A DNA stretch of 64,000 nt from assembly GCF_009914755.1 (NCBI RefSeq), contig NC_060925.1; one strand, given 5' to 3'. The notes under the pieces are model-generated. The model searched no databases. It was not told where the DNA came from and was given only the letters and a program-made list of their open reading frames with translations. Of this stretch, positions 1 to 30,105 are shown piece by piece (position 1 is the stretch's first letter; the number at the start of each line of letters is the position of its first letter). The position numbers and the translations under genes are program-made. The stretch is from the human T2T-CHM13v2.0 reference genome, Homo sapiens.

Positions 1-123
1 ATTTATTCTAGGAAAGCAAGATTTGTGTAAGAGTTAAAAATTTATGATTTTTGGCTGGGTATGGTGGCTCACAGCTGTAATCCCAGTACTTTGGGAGGCC
101 AAGGCGGGTGGATCACGAGGTCA

Positions 124-802
<679 letters not shown>

Positions 803-874
803 CTACAGAGTCTATAGATAAACTATTAACATTAATAAATGCATTTGTAAGATTATGGATACAAGAGTGAATAA

Positions 875-1063
<189 letters not shown>

Positions 1064-1404
1064 TAGTAGAGACAGGGTTTCACTGTGTTAGCCAGGATGG
1101 TCTCGATCTTCTGACCTCGTGATCCGCCTGCCTCGGCCTCCCAAAGTGCTGGGATTACAGGCGTGAGCCACCGTGCCCGGCCTATATTTCTTTTTTTTTT
1201 TTTTTTTTAGTGTACTCATTTCATTAGAAAATTAGGTAAACCTCGGATCAGAAAGCCAAAGCAAAATAATTTTGCATGGTTAGAATGTGGTCAAGAAACC
1301 AGCTACAATTTAACTGGATTAGACTTCAACACGGTGTTCCCTAAATAACCTTCATTTAGGAATATTACATTCCTCCAGTATCTGGACAGACAATAAATAC
1401 ACTT

Positions 1405-2106
<702 letters not shown>

Positions 2107-2220
2107 CACTGCTCTTTTCTCTTTTCCTTTACTTGGTTTCCCCCTTCCATGGAGCTTCTTTTATTTATTTATTTTCTTTTTTCTTTACAGAGGCAATCAA
2201 GTTACACAGAGCTTCTTTAA

Positions 2221-3149
<929 letters not shown>

Positions 3150-3252
3150 TAAGAATGTCCCCATGAGTACAAAATAAGTATTGTAATCTGGATACCAGTC
3201 ATAAGTCTTCTTCTTGGCCAAAGGCTGTTCACTAAACAGTTTCACCACTTTC

Positions 3253-4309
<1,057 letters not shown>

Positions 4310-4423
4310 CAGTTTCACCACTTTCATAGACTAGGAATCAGCAGGCCAGGCAACTTCACCAAATAGCCAGGCATTCAGAAGAGCACGTGTGCAAGGCACA
4401 TTCTGAAAGAGAAGACATCTCTT

Positions 4424-5276
4424 TTTTTTTAAATTTCTTTTTTTAATTAAAAAGTAAACTTTAATGTCAAAAATGCAAACTTGGGGAAGACAGAAAAGAT
4501 CACACACAAGGCTGTCACTTCACACTTGGAAGGTTGCACAGAGGCCAGGCAGAGGCGCTCCTCACTTCCCAGACGGTGGGGCGGCCGGGCAGTGGTGCTC
4601 TTCACTTGCCAGATGGGGCAGAAGCCTGGCAGAGGCGCTCCTCACTTCCCGGACGGTTGGCGGCCAAGCGGAGGCGCTCCTCACTTCCCAGATGGGGCAG
4701 CAGCCAGGCAAAGGCGCTCCTCACTTCCCAGACGGTTGGCAGCCGAGCAGAGGCGCTCCTCACTTCCTGGACGGTTGGCAGCCAGGCAGAGGCCCTCCTT
4801 ACTTCCCAGACAGTTGGCAGCTGGGCAGAGATGCTCCTTACTTCCCAGATGGTTGGCGGCTGGGCAGAGGCGCTCCTCACTTCTCAGACGGTTGGCGGCC
4901 AGGCAAAGGCACTCCTCACTTCCCCGGATGGGAGGGCAGCCAGGCAAAGGCACTCCTCACTTCCCAGATGGTTGGCGGCCAGGCAGAGGCACTCCTCACT
5001 TCCCAGACAGTTGGCGGCCAAGCAGAGGCGCTCCTCACTTCCCAGATGGGGCAGGAGCCAGGCAAAGGCGATCCTCACTTCCCAGACAGTTGGCGGCTGG
5101 GCAGAGGCATTCCTTACTTCCCGGACTGTGGGGAGCTGGGCAGAGGTGCTCCTCACTTCCCAGATGGGGCGGCAGCCAGGCAGAGGCACTCCTCACATCC
5201 CAGACAGTGGGGCGGCCGGGCAGAGGCCCTCATCACTTCCCAGATAGTTGGCGGCCAGGCAGAGGCACTCCTCACT
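4424..5276 (-). mobile_element. SVA2-like retroposon (SVA-type VNTR + unique 3' region + poly(A))
   Basis: ~18-19 units of a ~39-40 bp GC-rich repeat (AGTGAGGAGCGCCTCTGCCTGGCCGCCAACCGTCTGGGA on -) at 4541-5276; ~100-bp non-SINE-R 3' region with ATTAAA and A tail; 17-bp TSD (15/17 identical) at 4407-4423 and 5277-5293; no CCCTCT hexamer, Alu-like or SINE-R domain. Confidence 0.78.
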
Positions 5277-5654
5277 AAGGGAAGACATTTCTTAAGCAGC
5301 AAGGTGCCAGAGTCCCTGGACCTGACCTTGTTCACCCATGCCAATTAATTGTATTCCCTTTTTTTTTCTTTTGACACAGAGTTTTGCTCTATCACCCAGG
5401 CTAAAGTGCACTGGCACAATCTTGGCTCACTGTAACCTCAGCCTCCTGAGCTCAAGCTATCCTCCCCACCTCAGCCTCCCAAGCAACTGGGACTATAGGC
5501 AGGTGCCACCAGTCCTGGCTAATTTTTTTATTTTTTGTAGAGATGGGGTTTCCCCGTGTTGCCCAGGCTGATCTCAAACTCCTGGACTCAAGTAATCTAC
5601 CCACCTTGGCCTCCCAAAGAGCTAGGATTATAGATGTGAACCACTGAGACTAGC

Positions 5655-8160
<2,506 letters not shown>

Positions 8161-8736
8161 CCAGGCTCAGTGGCTCACACCTGTAATCCCAGCACTTTGG
8201 GAAGCCAAGGTGGGCGGATCACCTGAGGTCAGGAGTTAAAGACCAGCCTGACCAACATGGAGAAACCCTGTCTCTACTAAAAATACAAAAATTAGCTGTT
8301 CGTGGTGGCACATGCCTGTAATCCCAGCTATTCCGGAGGCTGAGGCAAGAGAATCGCCTGAACCCAGGAGGTGGAAGTTGCGGTGAGCCAAGATTGTGCC
8401 ATTGCACTCGAGCCTGGGCAACAAGAGTGAAACTCCGTCTGAAAAAAAAAAAAAAAAAAGTTCTATATCTTAATCTGGGTGGTGCTTTCCTGGATGTATT
8501 CCTATGCAAAGCTTTATTGAACTATGCACTTCACATTAATGCACTTCACAGCTACGTATAATATATTTTAATAAAAAGGTATATAAAAATACTATTTGGC
8601 TGGGTGCCGTGGCTCATGCCTGTAATCCCAGCTCTTTGGGAGGGCAAGGCAGGTGGATCACCTGAGGTCAGGAGTTCAAGACCAGCCTGATAAACATGGT
8701 GAAACCCCGTCTCTACTAAAATACAAAAATTAGTCA

Positions 8737-8856
<120 letters not shown>

Positions 8857-9112
8857 TTACAGAGCAAGACTCCATCTCAAAAACAAACAAACAAACAAAC
8901 AAACATCCCTTTGTGTCCTGTCTCAGACACTATTCCCCATCTCCCCAAAGGTAGCCTGTAACCTGATCCCCAACACTATAGATCATTTTTGCACCTTATA
9001 TAAATGGAATCATGTAGTATGTACTATTTTGTAACGTGTGCCCGTGTGTCTTTTATGTTCATGAAATTTACCATCACATGCTGTACAAAAATAGGTAGTA
9101 GGCCAGATGTGA

Positions 9113-9514
<402 letters not shown>

Positions 9515-9570
9515 TAATTCCAGCACTTTTGGAGGCCGAGGTAGGCAGATCACTTGAGGTCAGGAGTTCA

Positions 9571-9765
<195 letters not shown>

Positions 9766-11128
9766 TCAAAACAAACAAACAAACAAACGAACCAACCAAC
9801 CTCCAAATGACGATGCTTGAGCTTTAGCTCAGCTATCTCCAGTTGTCTTTGGGTAATGGGGGTGTCAAGTGGCAATGTTCCAAGTCTGGCTTATCTTGGG
9901 GGAACTAAATGGCTGTTATCATTCCCAGGCCTCACATCTACACTCTGCCTGATTCAGAGCAAGGGAGGGGGGTGTCTCCTGTGCCATCCACTGCTCTATC
10001 CTCAATCGAACCAAGCCCTTTGACCAGGGAAGTGCTGTGCCCTGTTTGTGCATGCTTGTAGGTACAGGGAAGAGACAGGTGGAGGGAGATCCCCTGACTA
10101 GCTTACATCAACCTGGCTCATCTCTGGAATTTGGGATGGAGTTAAACCCAACAACCCCTGGGCCTGCTCCAATGAAGACAGGGAGTGTTTATCAATGAGC
10201 AGTGACAATTACTACCTCTCCTGAGAGCAGATGAGTAGGTTTCAGGCATGGGGTTTCTCTAAGTCAGCAAAAAGCACCCGATCCCTAATGACAGAGGAGC
10301 AGTGTGTGTTAAATGTGTGTGTGCACATGTGTGAATAATTCAGGGCCCTCTAACCATGAGGCCCGGGACAAGAGCCACACTTGCCCACATGAAGTCAATG
10401 CTCTTGTCTGCAAGAACATTGTTTATTGTGGCTGGAGCCCAGATAACAAGGAGAAAGTGGCAAGAGATGAGGCAGGAGAGAAAAGCAGGGTGACTTCTGG
10501 AGAACCCTTTTCTCGGTGAAGGGATTTCAGCCTTATTCTGGGAATAAGCCAGAGCCCTGAGGGGTTTTAAGTGGAGGAGAGCCAGCCCCACCCCAACTCA
10601 GTGGCTTTAGGGGTCATTCTTCCCATGCTACCATTTCCCATGGTTCAAAGATTAACAATAGGGCTAACTTCCAATTTATTCAATTCTCAGGTTATTTATT
10701 CAATAATCTAGTGTTCTTCCTCTCTACTTCCTCCTCTTCAGTACCTTGTTGTGGGTGGAGCTCCAGGAAGAGGATGGGGCGTGGTGCCTAGAGGCGGAAG
10801 TGTGTATCTTGATTGTTTAACCTGGGAACCCTGAGGGCAGAGGGCGTAGGGGTTGGGAGAGGAAAGGAAGGCGCTAGGAAGACACTGGAAAGACCCCATA
10901 AGCGTAGCAGCTCCTAAACCACAGCTAAGCATGTCTGGAGGAGAAGCCTGAATCCGAAAGCAATGAGGAAATGATTAGTGGTTTCATAGTAGGTTGTCTG
11001 TAGCTGCAGACACACAGGCGTTTTTGTACACAGGTAAATACAGGCCTGTTCTGTTATTGACCACACGTTTGTATGAAGCTCCAAACTCATGTGTCCTCCT
11101 GTTCTCCTGTTTTTTTTTTTTTTTTTGA

Positions 11129-11233
<105 letters not shown>

Positions 11234-12526
11234 TGAGTAGGTGGGATTACAGGCACGCGCCACCATGCCTGGGTAATTTTTGTATTTTTAGTAGAGACGA
11301 GGCTTCACTATGTTGACCAGGCTGGTCTCAAACTCCTGACCTTAGGTGATCCACCTACCTCAGCCTCCCAAAGTGCTGGAATTACAGGTGTGAGCAACTG
11401 TGCCTGGCCTCTCTGAAGTATTATTTGATATTTTTCTTTTGAAGTTTTCTTCTTCCTGTGTAGAAACTATTTCTGCAAATTGCTTTTCAGTCTGCTTTTT
11501 GCTCATTTGTTTTTATCTTCCATGTCTGAGGTTTTTTTCAGCTGTCTGGTGATCTTTGACTGATTATTTATAAGACAGGCAAATATCAGTTAAGTCCTTA
11601 CAGTAAACATATGGTTTACTCAAGTTAGGATTATTTTAGGAGGATTTCTTTACAAAATGGCCATTTACAAAGACAGAGTATAGGAGAGCTATAACCTTTG
11701 GTTGAGAGACACAGGCAGCCTAAGAGAGGAACCCTCTAAGAGAAGAACCAGAGGAACAGATATCTTGATCTCACGCTCCTCCTCCCTCTGGTCTTCCGGG
11801 TTCTGCGTTGTCTAGACCAACTGCTAGTCAGAGGGTGTGGGGTATTGCTCATGTGGTCTCTTCCTGGAATACCCCCAGTGCAGAGGGCCAGGCAGCGTGG
11901 GTGGGGAGTAGCAAAGAGAAAGCTCTGACATGGGAACGAAGGCGCTGATTGGAAGCTCACATGGTGGGCATCTGGACGGGACTGTTTGCTGGGGGAGTCC
12001 CCACATGTCTGGATCTTTAGGTCTTTCGTCTGGGGCCAGTCAGGTTACCCAGAGAAGAATCTCCTTCTAGGAGGGAACAGGCCAGCCTGCCAGTGTTCTG
12101 GCCCCCGAAAGGAGGCAGAGGGCTGTGGGTCTTAGCCTGGGGCATTTGGCATACGCAGTCCCTTAGTTCCCGAGTTTACAAGCCATAGCCATGCTGTCAA
12201 ATGTGCCTGGTATCACCCAGTTCAGAGACTCTCTGTTTTATCCTGTACAGAGAACAAGCTTGCAGATTTCTGTGGGAGGGAGGGAGGGGTAGTTACTCAG
12301 TAATGAAGGGTGCTTCTCAAACAGCTTTCAACCAGTCCTCCTTGTTTGCACACTCACACACTCAGAGACACACAAACTCAGTTCCAGAGGTACTTGGAGC
12401 TGCCAGTTCATGAGCGTTTTGAGGATTTTATGAATAGATGGGTTGCTTCTCAGTTTTCTCTGCTGGTCATTTAGGATTTGGCCTTTTTTGTTTTTTTTTT
12501 TTGTTTGTTTTTTTGGTTTTTTTTGA

Positions 12527-12781
<255 letters not shown>

Positions 12782-13013
12782 TAGGCGTGAGCCACTGTGC
12801 CTGGCCAGGATTTGGGTATTTCAAGTTGGCTACATCAGTTGTCACCTAAACCCAGAGGGTTTTTTGGTTCCTGGGGTACATCTGGAATTTTCAAATCTTC
12901 TTTGGCTGAAACACAGTATATTTGAGAGAGGACTCAGAAGAAAGAGGAAGAAAAGGCATCATGGGGCCAGACTGGTAAGTGTTTGAGTAGATTGTACTTT
13001 TTTCTTTTTTTGA

Positions 13014-13118
<105 letters not shown>

Positions 13119-14124
13119 TGAGTAGCTGGGATTACAGGTATGTGCCACCACGCCGGGCTAATTTTGTATTTTTAGTAGAGACGGGGTTTCACCATGTTGG
13201 TCAGGCTGGTCTTGAACTCCAGACCTCAGGTGATCTGCCCGCCTCGGCTTCCCAAAGTGCTGGGATTACAGGCGTGAGCCCCCACACCTGGCTGAGTAGA
13301 TTGTACTTAACTCTAGAGACCATGGGCTTAGGGGTGGGAAATAGCAACTGAGGTCTAGGTACATGGGTCCTTTGAGAAGTTTATTCTCTATTAGGTCCCA
13401 ATTTTCTTTTTTCTTTTTTTTTTGAGACAGAGCCTCGCTCTGTCGCCCAGGCTGGAGTGCAGTGGCACAATCTTGGCCAAACCCGTCTGAGTCCCAATTT
13501 TTATTGCTTCCTATATGATGCCTCAATAGGGTGTGTGGAAACAGTAAACTATAAAGTGCTGTACTAATGTAATGCTTTATTTTTTGAATGCAGCCAGAAT
13601 TTTCCTGTCTTTGTCTTTGCTCATACTGTTGCTTCTGCTTGGAGTTTTCTCTATCTTCTCCCTCACCTCTCCAATCCATCCATCTCTACTTATAGAAATG
13701 ATATCTTTGGCCGGGTGTGGTGGCTCATGCCTGTAATCCCAGCACTTTGGGAGGCTGAGGCGGGTGGATCACAAGGTCAGGAGTTCAAGACCAGCCTGGC
13801 CAAGATGGTGAAACCCCGTCTCTACTTAAAATACAAAAACTTAGCTGGGCGTGGTGGCGCCTGTAATCCCAGCTACTTGGGAGGCTGAGGCAGAGAATTG
13901 CTTGAACCTGGGAGGATGGAGGTTGCCGTGAGCCGAGATCACGCCACTGGACTCCAGCCTGGGCGACAGAGTGAGACTCCATCTAAACAAACAAAAAAAA
14001 GAAATGATACCTTTAAGGCCCAGCTGAAGGTCAACTCTACTATGAGTCTGCTGCCCTCAAACTAAATGAGAACTTTCAAACTTTAATGATGGCCATTTTT
14101 TTCTCACCTCCATTCCTGCCCACC

Positions 14125-16610
<2,486 letters not shown>

Positions 16611-17076
16611 CTGCACTTCCTTGCTTTGGTTGTATTGTAAGGAACTGGGAAACTGCAAGCTACTTTCCTCTGACTCTCTTTCCAGCTGACTTCTGGCTAG
16701 GTTCTGCAATGGGTGCCCCTGGTGAAAGATTAGAAGGGAAGCTAAAGGAAGAGGTCTTCTTGTTCTCTTCTTTTGGCAGTTCCTCTGACAGTGGCAGCAG
16801 CAGGTGGATGTAGGCTCCTAGATTCCTTGCTTCACCAGCACAGTGATTGCGGCCACAGCAGCACAGTGATTGTGGACTCTGGGGCTGGAGGAGGCAGCAA
16901 CAGTGGTGTGACTTTGGGCTCCTGTAACAACAGCAGGAATGCACTCCTTCCCTGCAAGGTGATATGTGCAGTGATTCCAATGAGAATCATAGCAGCAGTG
17001 GAGGCTCCAGCAGCCGTGATGGTGCAGTCATCATGGGCTTTAACACTTTCTGGCTGGGTGTGGTGGCTCACGCCTA

Positions 17077-18002
<926 letters not shown>

Positions 18003-18029
18003 TAGGACTATAGGTGCACACTATTGTGC

Positions 18030-21030
<3,001 letters not shown>

Positions 21031-21114
21031 TTTAAAAATACGGCCTTCATTCTTACTTCCACATTTATTAAATAAGACCTTGAATAAAGTCATGAATATA
21101 ACTTTTTATTCATA

Positions 21115-21760
21115 AAACAATTATTTATTGAGTGCCTACTCTGTGCCTAGTATTGTTTTATGCACTGAAGATAAAGCAATGGCTAGACAGACACAGTGCC
21201 CATGGGAATGTGTAGAAGGATTTTAAGCAGAAAAATAACATGATCTAATTTACATGTTTTTAAAGCATCCTGGCTGAAATGGGGAGAATAGATTGAAGTG
21301 GAAATACTTAATGGGAGAAATCAGTGGTTCATACTTTAGAAGTCTGAGAGAGATGGTAGTTAACTTGGACATGTATGGTAGCAGTGAATGTGGAGAGAGG
21401 CAGATGGATTTGAAATCTCTTCTCGAGGTTGAAGCAACATTGTAAGAACTGGATGACAGAGGAGAGGAAGAAGGAGTTAAGGATGATTCTTAGGTTTCTG
21501 ACATGAGCAAATGGTGGGACAAGTCCCTTAGATAGAGAATATAAGGGGAGAGCAAGTAGTGACAGGAAGATGAGGCTCGGGTTTGGATATGTTGAGTTTG
21601 AGATGTGTATGAGATCTCCAACTGCAGATGTCAGGCAGGTAGTGGTAGCACAGGGAAAGTTGCTTCTTAAGATGGGAGAGACTATAGCATGTTAAATGCT
21701 GATTGGTAGGATTCACTGGAGAGGGAGAGGTTTAACACAGGAGAAGAGAGGGATAACTCA
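21115..21760 (-). mobile_element. L2 fragment
   Basis: tatttattgagtgcctactctgtgcc 3'-end motif and ttttaagcag...atgatctaattta, gtttggatatgttgagtttgagatg internal motifs. Confidence 0.7.
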
Positions 21761-22092
21761 CGGCTTAAGGTTCTAGAGAAGAGGGGTAGGAGTAATCCTT
21801 GGAGATATTAGCATTAGATGAGAAGGGCAAAATCTGTGCCTTGTTTATCTTTGAATTTGTTGTAGTGGGGAGAGGGGCAAAAAAAGTCTGGCACATGGCT
21901 GTCATTAATGAATAATTATCAGGCTGGATGCAGTGGCTCACGTCTGTAATCACAGCACTTTGGGAGGCCGAGGAGTGTGAATCACCTGAGGTCAGGAGTT
22001 TGAGGCCAGCCTGGCCAACATGGTGAAACCCCATCTCTACTAAACATACAAAAATTAAATTAGCTTGCCCACGAACACTTGTTATTATATGA

Positions 22093-22394
<302 letters not shown>

Positions 22395-23555
22395 TGATTC
22401 TCCTGCCTCAGCTTCCCAAGTAGCTGAGATTACAGGTGTGCACCACCACATCCGGCCAATTTTTGTATTTTGTATTCACCATGTTGGCCAGGCTGGTCTT
22501 GAACTCCTGACCTCAAGTGACCTGCTCACCTCAGCCTCCCAAAGTGCTAGGATTACAGGTGTGAGACACCGCGCCCGACCTAATTTTTGTAATTTTAGTA
22601 GCAATGAGGTTTTTCCCTGTTGGCCAGGCTGCTCTCAAACTCCTGCCCTCAGGTGATCCGCTTGCCTTGGCCTCTCAAAGTTTTGGGATTACAGGCGTGA
22701 GCCACCGCGCCCAGCCTTATTTTTATTTTGTTTTTTACCTTTCCTATGGTGCTGAAAAAACTTTTAATCTTTATGCTGTATTGCTTCAAATTTATTAAAA
22801 TTATGGTCAGCCTAATCCATTTTATGGGCCAGAAAATTGTACAGCATGTTTAGAAAAAAAGATTTATGTAATGGTTAATATAAATAAGGTTTTTTCCTTG
22901 GAGGGAAATTTCACTTAACAGAAAAAAATCGATTCTAACTAATATCCACCTTCTTCCTCTTCTCCCTGGAATGGATGAGGTTACCATATGTACAGATTAT
23001 TGTCATTATCAGGCTGAGCATTTACTGGGTGCCAGGATTGTATTAAGTACTGTAGGTAGTTTTCTCAGTTAATCCTCACAATAACCCTGTGCAGTAGACA
23101 CTCTTAATATTCCCATTTTATAGAAAAGGACAGTGAAGTTTAGATAAAATTACAGCATCCAAGGTCCCAGCTGGTCAATGGCAGAGCTAGATTTGAACTC
23201 AGGCAGTTTGGCTCAGGAATCTGCTTACATGTCTGTGTCTACATAAATAGCTCGGCATAGACAAATGATTGCTAAAGAGCATGCTAATAATGAATGCAAA
23301 TGGAACACATGATTGGCAAGTGAAGGGTAATTATTACTCAACCCTCATTCTGCACAAATCCACAGCATAATGCAGCCTCTGCTGGGAAGTGTAAGAGCAA
23401 ATAGCTCACGCATATGTGTGAAGTCCAAGTTTAGACTATCTTCCAGGAAAGGTACAATGGCAGGCAGAGGTAGTAACTGCAGGGCCCTAGCTCTGACAAG
23501 AGATTACTGTTAACAGCAGAAGCAAACCCGACTGAAACTGTTAAGTCAGCTAGTA

Positions 23556-24738
<1,183 letters not shown>

Positions 24739-25319
24739 ACCAATGGCCTTCCATTTTAAATCCATGCAGCTTCTGAGAAGGGGCCTCACAGAGCAGCTAA
24801 TGACCAAATTCTACTTCAACATCTTCATTTTATGGGTGATATAATGAATTATATTTTAAAAAACATTTGGATGAACTTCTGTGTCTAGAAAGAATACGTT
24901 TTGGGAAAGTTTACTTATTTACATTTATTTAACAAACCCTCATATAGAGTTTATCATGTATTGTCATTGTTATAAATGTTTTACATATGTTAACTAATTT
25001 AATTCCCATTAGAATTCTATGAGGGTACTTCCCCCCTATTTTTTAGATGACGACATTGAGACACAGAGAAGTTGAGTGACTTGTTCAGAGACAAACAGCT
25101 GATAAGTGGCAGAGCTAAGATTTGAACCCAGACACTTTGGCTCCAGAGTTTGTGTTCATAGAATTATATTGTATAGTGCACCAAAAAAAGTGCACTATCT
25201 TTAAGGAATCTCGTTATATATCCTTTAAAAATATGAGTTATCTTCCCTTCCCCACCAACTCAATAATGCAATCTGTTTTCTGGATTTCCAAGCATCTAGC
25301 TTGTTTAATTTTATAATTG

Positions 25320-26504
<1,185 letters not shown>

Positions 26505-28045
26505 TAAAGACGGGGTCTTGCTCGGTGGCCCAGGCTGGAGTGCCAAAGGTGTAATCATAGGTCACTGCAGCCTTGACCTCCTGGGCTCATGCAGTTCTCC
26601 TGCCTCAATCTCCCAAGCAGCTGAGACTACAGGCATGTGCCACTATGCCCAGCTATAACTGTGATGCTTTTTAGCAGTTAAAAATCATAACATTCTCTAA
26701 ATATTACAAGAAGGGGATAAACTTTTATGAACCCTTTCTGAGAATGGTGCTAAACAAATCCCTTTTCTGGGTGTAAACTCACCTGGTGAGGCAATGGGGA
26801 GCCAGACTGTCATGCTGCCGGAGCCAGGGATGCTGCATTCCTCCACTGTGAAAGCGAGGGTCTCCACAGGCAGGCTGAGGCCCTCAGTGGGCCCTGGCTG
26901 GGGCCTGACTCTGAGGGATGCCACTGGCCAGACACTGAGTTCTGTTATTAGACCTCTGTCTGCCCACGTAACCTCCTCCCAGGCTGATGAGAAAGCAGGA
27001 GGGGAAGGTTTCAGAGAATAAGAAGCACCTTCCTGTAATTATTGATTAACCAGGGGCTGGCTCCAGGGCCAGAGGCCAGGGAGGGGTCTGCAGGTCAGTT
27101 CAGCCCTACCCCACTGCACTTCTCAGAATAATCGTTGTCCCTAAAGATGGATTCACATGGTGAATAGAGAATAAAGTGCATAGTTTTAAACTCTCACAGT
27201 TGAGAATGGCCCCAACACATCAGCCCAGACCTGGAGGTTGGGGGCAGGGTGGGAATTTAAAAAGACCACTTTGAGTCAGGGTATCTGGGATCTTGACCAG
27301 CTCTGTCACCACTGCCTGTGCCATCTTTACCAAGCAACTTCTCTTCTTGAGGCCTAGCTCCTTATCTAAAAAGTGAGGGAGGAGAAGCAATGATGACCAA
27401 GTCCCTTTTGGTTTCAAAATAACCTTACATATTTATTCTGTGGGTCTCCTGTAGACTTCTGCTTTAGGCAAACTTTAAGATGCTTCATCGCTTCAGGTGA
27501 AAGGTGAGAGAGGACTTGCTTGCTGGGAGTCAGCCTAGGGCTTCCCCCTTTACAGGAGACGGAGGGTCCCTGCAGGAACACCGGTGAAGGAGAGGGTGTC
27601 CCACACACCAGGTTCTGCTCTCTGCTCTCCCCTCACAGACTACAGAACACCAAGTGCCTGCTGCCATGGTCTGCAGTGTCTTTGGTCCTGGGTGGGCCGA
27701 CCGAGCCCTTGCTCAGTGAGAGTCCTGGGCCAGGAGCCAGACCTCACCCTGGAGCTGCCAGTTACTAGTAGTGCAGTTTTGAACAAGCCACTTTACCTCT
27801 GTTAGCCTCAGTCTACTCATCTGAAAATTGGGGGCAATGTCTCCCAGCATTCAGGGTTGAGAATTTCAGAGGAGATTGTGTATGTGAAGCAATTTGTAAG
27901 CAGCACAGTTATCTGAGAAGTGTTCTGGCTCAGACAACTAAAGTCTTCATTGTTCCTTCTGTTGTCTGGGTGAGGGCAGGTCAGGCTGAATTGTGCAGGT
28001 ATGCTTTCTTCTCTTTCTTTTTTCTTTTTCTTTTCTTTTTTTTGA

Positions 28046-28150
<105 letters not shown>

Positions 28151-29190
28151 TGAGTAGCTGGGACTACCGGTACGCACCACCATGCCCGGCTAATTTTTGT
28201 ATTTTTAGTAGAGATGTGGTTTTACCATGTTGGTCAGGCTGGTCTCGAACTCCTGACCTCATGATCTGCCCACCTTGGCCTCCCAAAGTGCTGGAATTAC
28301 AGGTGTGAGGCACCACGTCCGGCCTGGCCAGGATTAAATTTTTTCATGTGAACCACAACACTAAAACTTTGTATATTGCTGCGCTTATCTTACAAATCAG
28401 GAAATAGGGGTTCAGAGAAGTTAAATAGCTTGCTTAAGTCACACAGCCAGCAAGTGGTAAAGCTGGGATCTGCATGACTACAGAGCACACAGGCTCCCCA
28501 CCAGTAGATTAGAGAGGGGGAGGTCTGCTTTGGTGCAGAGACAGGTGGGATCTGTGATGCCCGTTCTTGGTTTCAACATTCTTTTAAACTCTCCTATCTG
28601 AGCCTAGGACTTTCTGCAGCCTTCCTGTTTTAGGCTGGCAGCTCACAGTCCCTCTCTGGTTATTTTCAGGTCTGTGTGTGCCACAGAGAGGAAGGGGGCA
28701 ACCACAGTGGGAACCGCTTTCCAGCCCTGCTGCAACCCCTTTTGAAATAGCAGGCGAGAGGGCTGGTGGCCTCCACTGTGCTCTTCTGTTCCTGTCTGTG
28801 GGCATGGCTAAAGCAAACAAGCTCACCCACACCAGCTCCCATCGTGCGGTGGATCAGTGCATGTGCTTGGTTCTGTCTGGCACTGCTGATGGGTGGTTCC
28901 TACAGAAAGATCCAGATGCACGGGGTCTGAGGACTGTTTCAGAAGCTCTGTCCGTCCATGCTTGGCCCTGTCCACTTGGGAGTTCCATTAGGCCATGCCT
29001 GTTCCAGCTGTCCCAGGATCTTTGATCTGGGTTAGGATTGGCCTGAAACCAAAGGTAGAAAAACACATTCTAATGAGCAGTTGCTGGTCTAGAAGCTTCT
29101 CAGCCTAAACTTTATTTCAGCATTTTTCTTTCCCTCCAGATTCAGCTATGAGGCCATCCTATCAGCTTTAGGCTCTGTGGGGGTCCTTGA

Positions 29191-29529
<339 letters not shown>

Positions 29530-29689
29530 TAAATTTTTTTATAGAAATGGGGGTCTCACTTTGTTACACAGGCTGGTCTAGAATTCCTGGACTGAAGCAA
29601 TCCACCCACCCGGCTCTCCCAAAGTGTTGGGGTTACAGGCGTGAGCCACTGCCCCTGGTGTTAGTGTCTGTCTGTCAAGTCAGGAGGGC

Positions 29690-30105
29690 AGCCATGAACG
29701 TTCTGATGTCTACTGAGCACGTGTGGCCCAGACCGTGTGTCAGGTGTTTAGGTGCCATCCACAGAACCTTCCTAATAACCCTGGGCAGCATAGGCTTTCT
29801 TATCTCTGACAGATGAGGAAATGGAGACTCAGATTCTGAACCGAAGTCACAGACACAGTAGATGGTAGGTCTAAATGGGGACCCAGGTCTATCTGACTGC
29901 AAAGTCCAAACCGTTTCCTTGCCTCTGCTGCAGCCTGCGAGGAGCAGCTGGGCAGAAAGACTGTGCCTTTACGGTGGTGAGTCTTCCGATGCCCAAGCCT
30001 CACCCCAGACCGATGAAATCAGAATCTCTGGAGACCCGACCCAGACATTGGTGGGTTTTAGGGCTCCTGGCTGATTCCAGTGGGCAACCGGGCTACCAAG
30101 CACTG
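29690..30105. mobile_element. MIR and MER5-like fragments in the proximal IL6R promoter
   Basis: acagatgaggaaatggagactcaga...gtcacagacacagtag (MIR core); ccccagaccgatgaaatcagaatctctgg (MER5-like). Confidence 0.6.

Noticed and set aside
4541-5276. Regularly spaced conserved word CTCCTCACTTCCCAGA resembling a CRISPR array
   Set aside because: The intervening segments are related to each other rather than unique spacers; no cas genes; eukaryotic VNTR.
4464-5348. Three long overlapping + strand ORFs (294, 265, 237 aa)
   Set aside because: Translations of the stop-poor SVA-type VNTR; all frames are open and repetitive.
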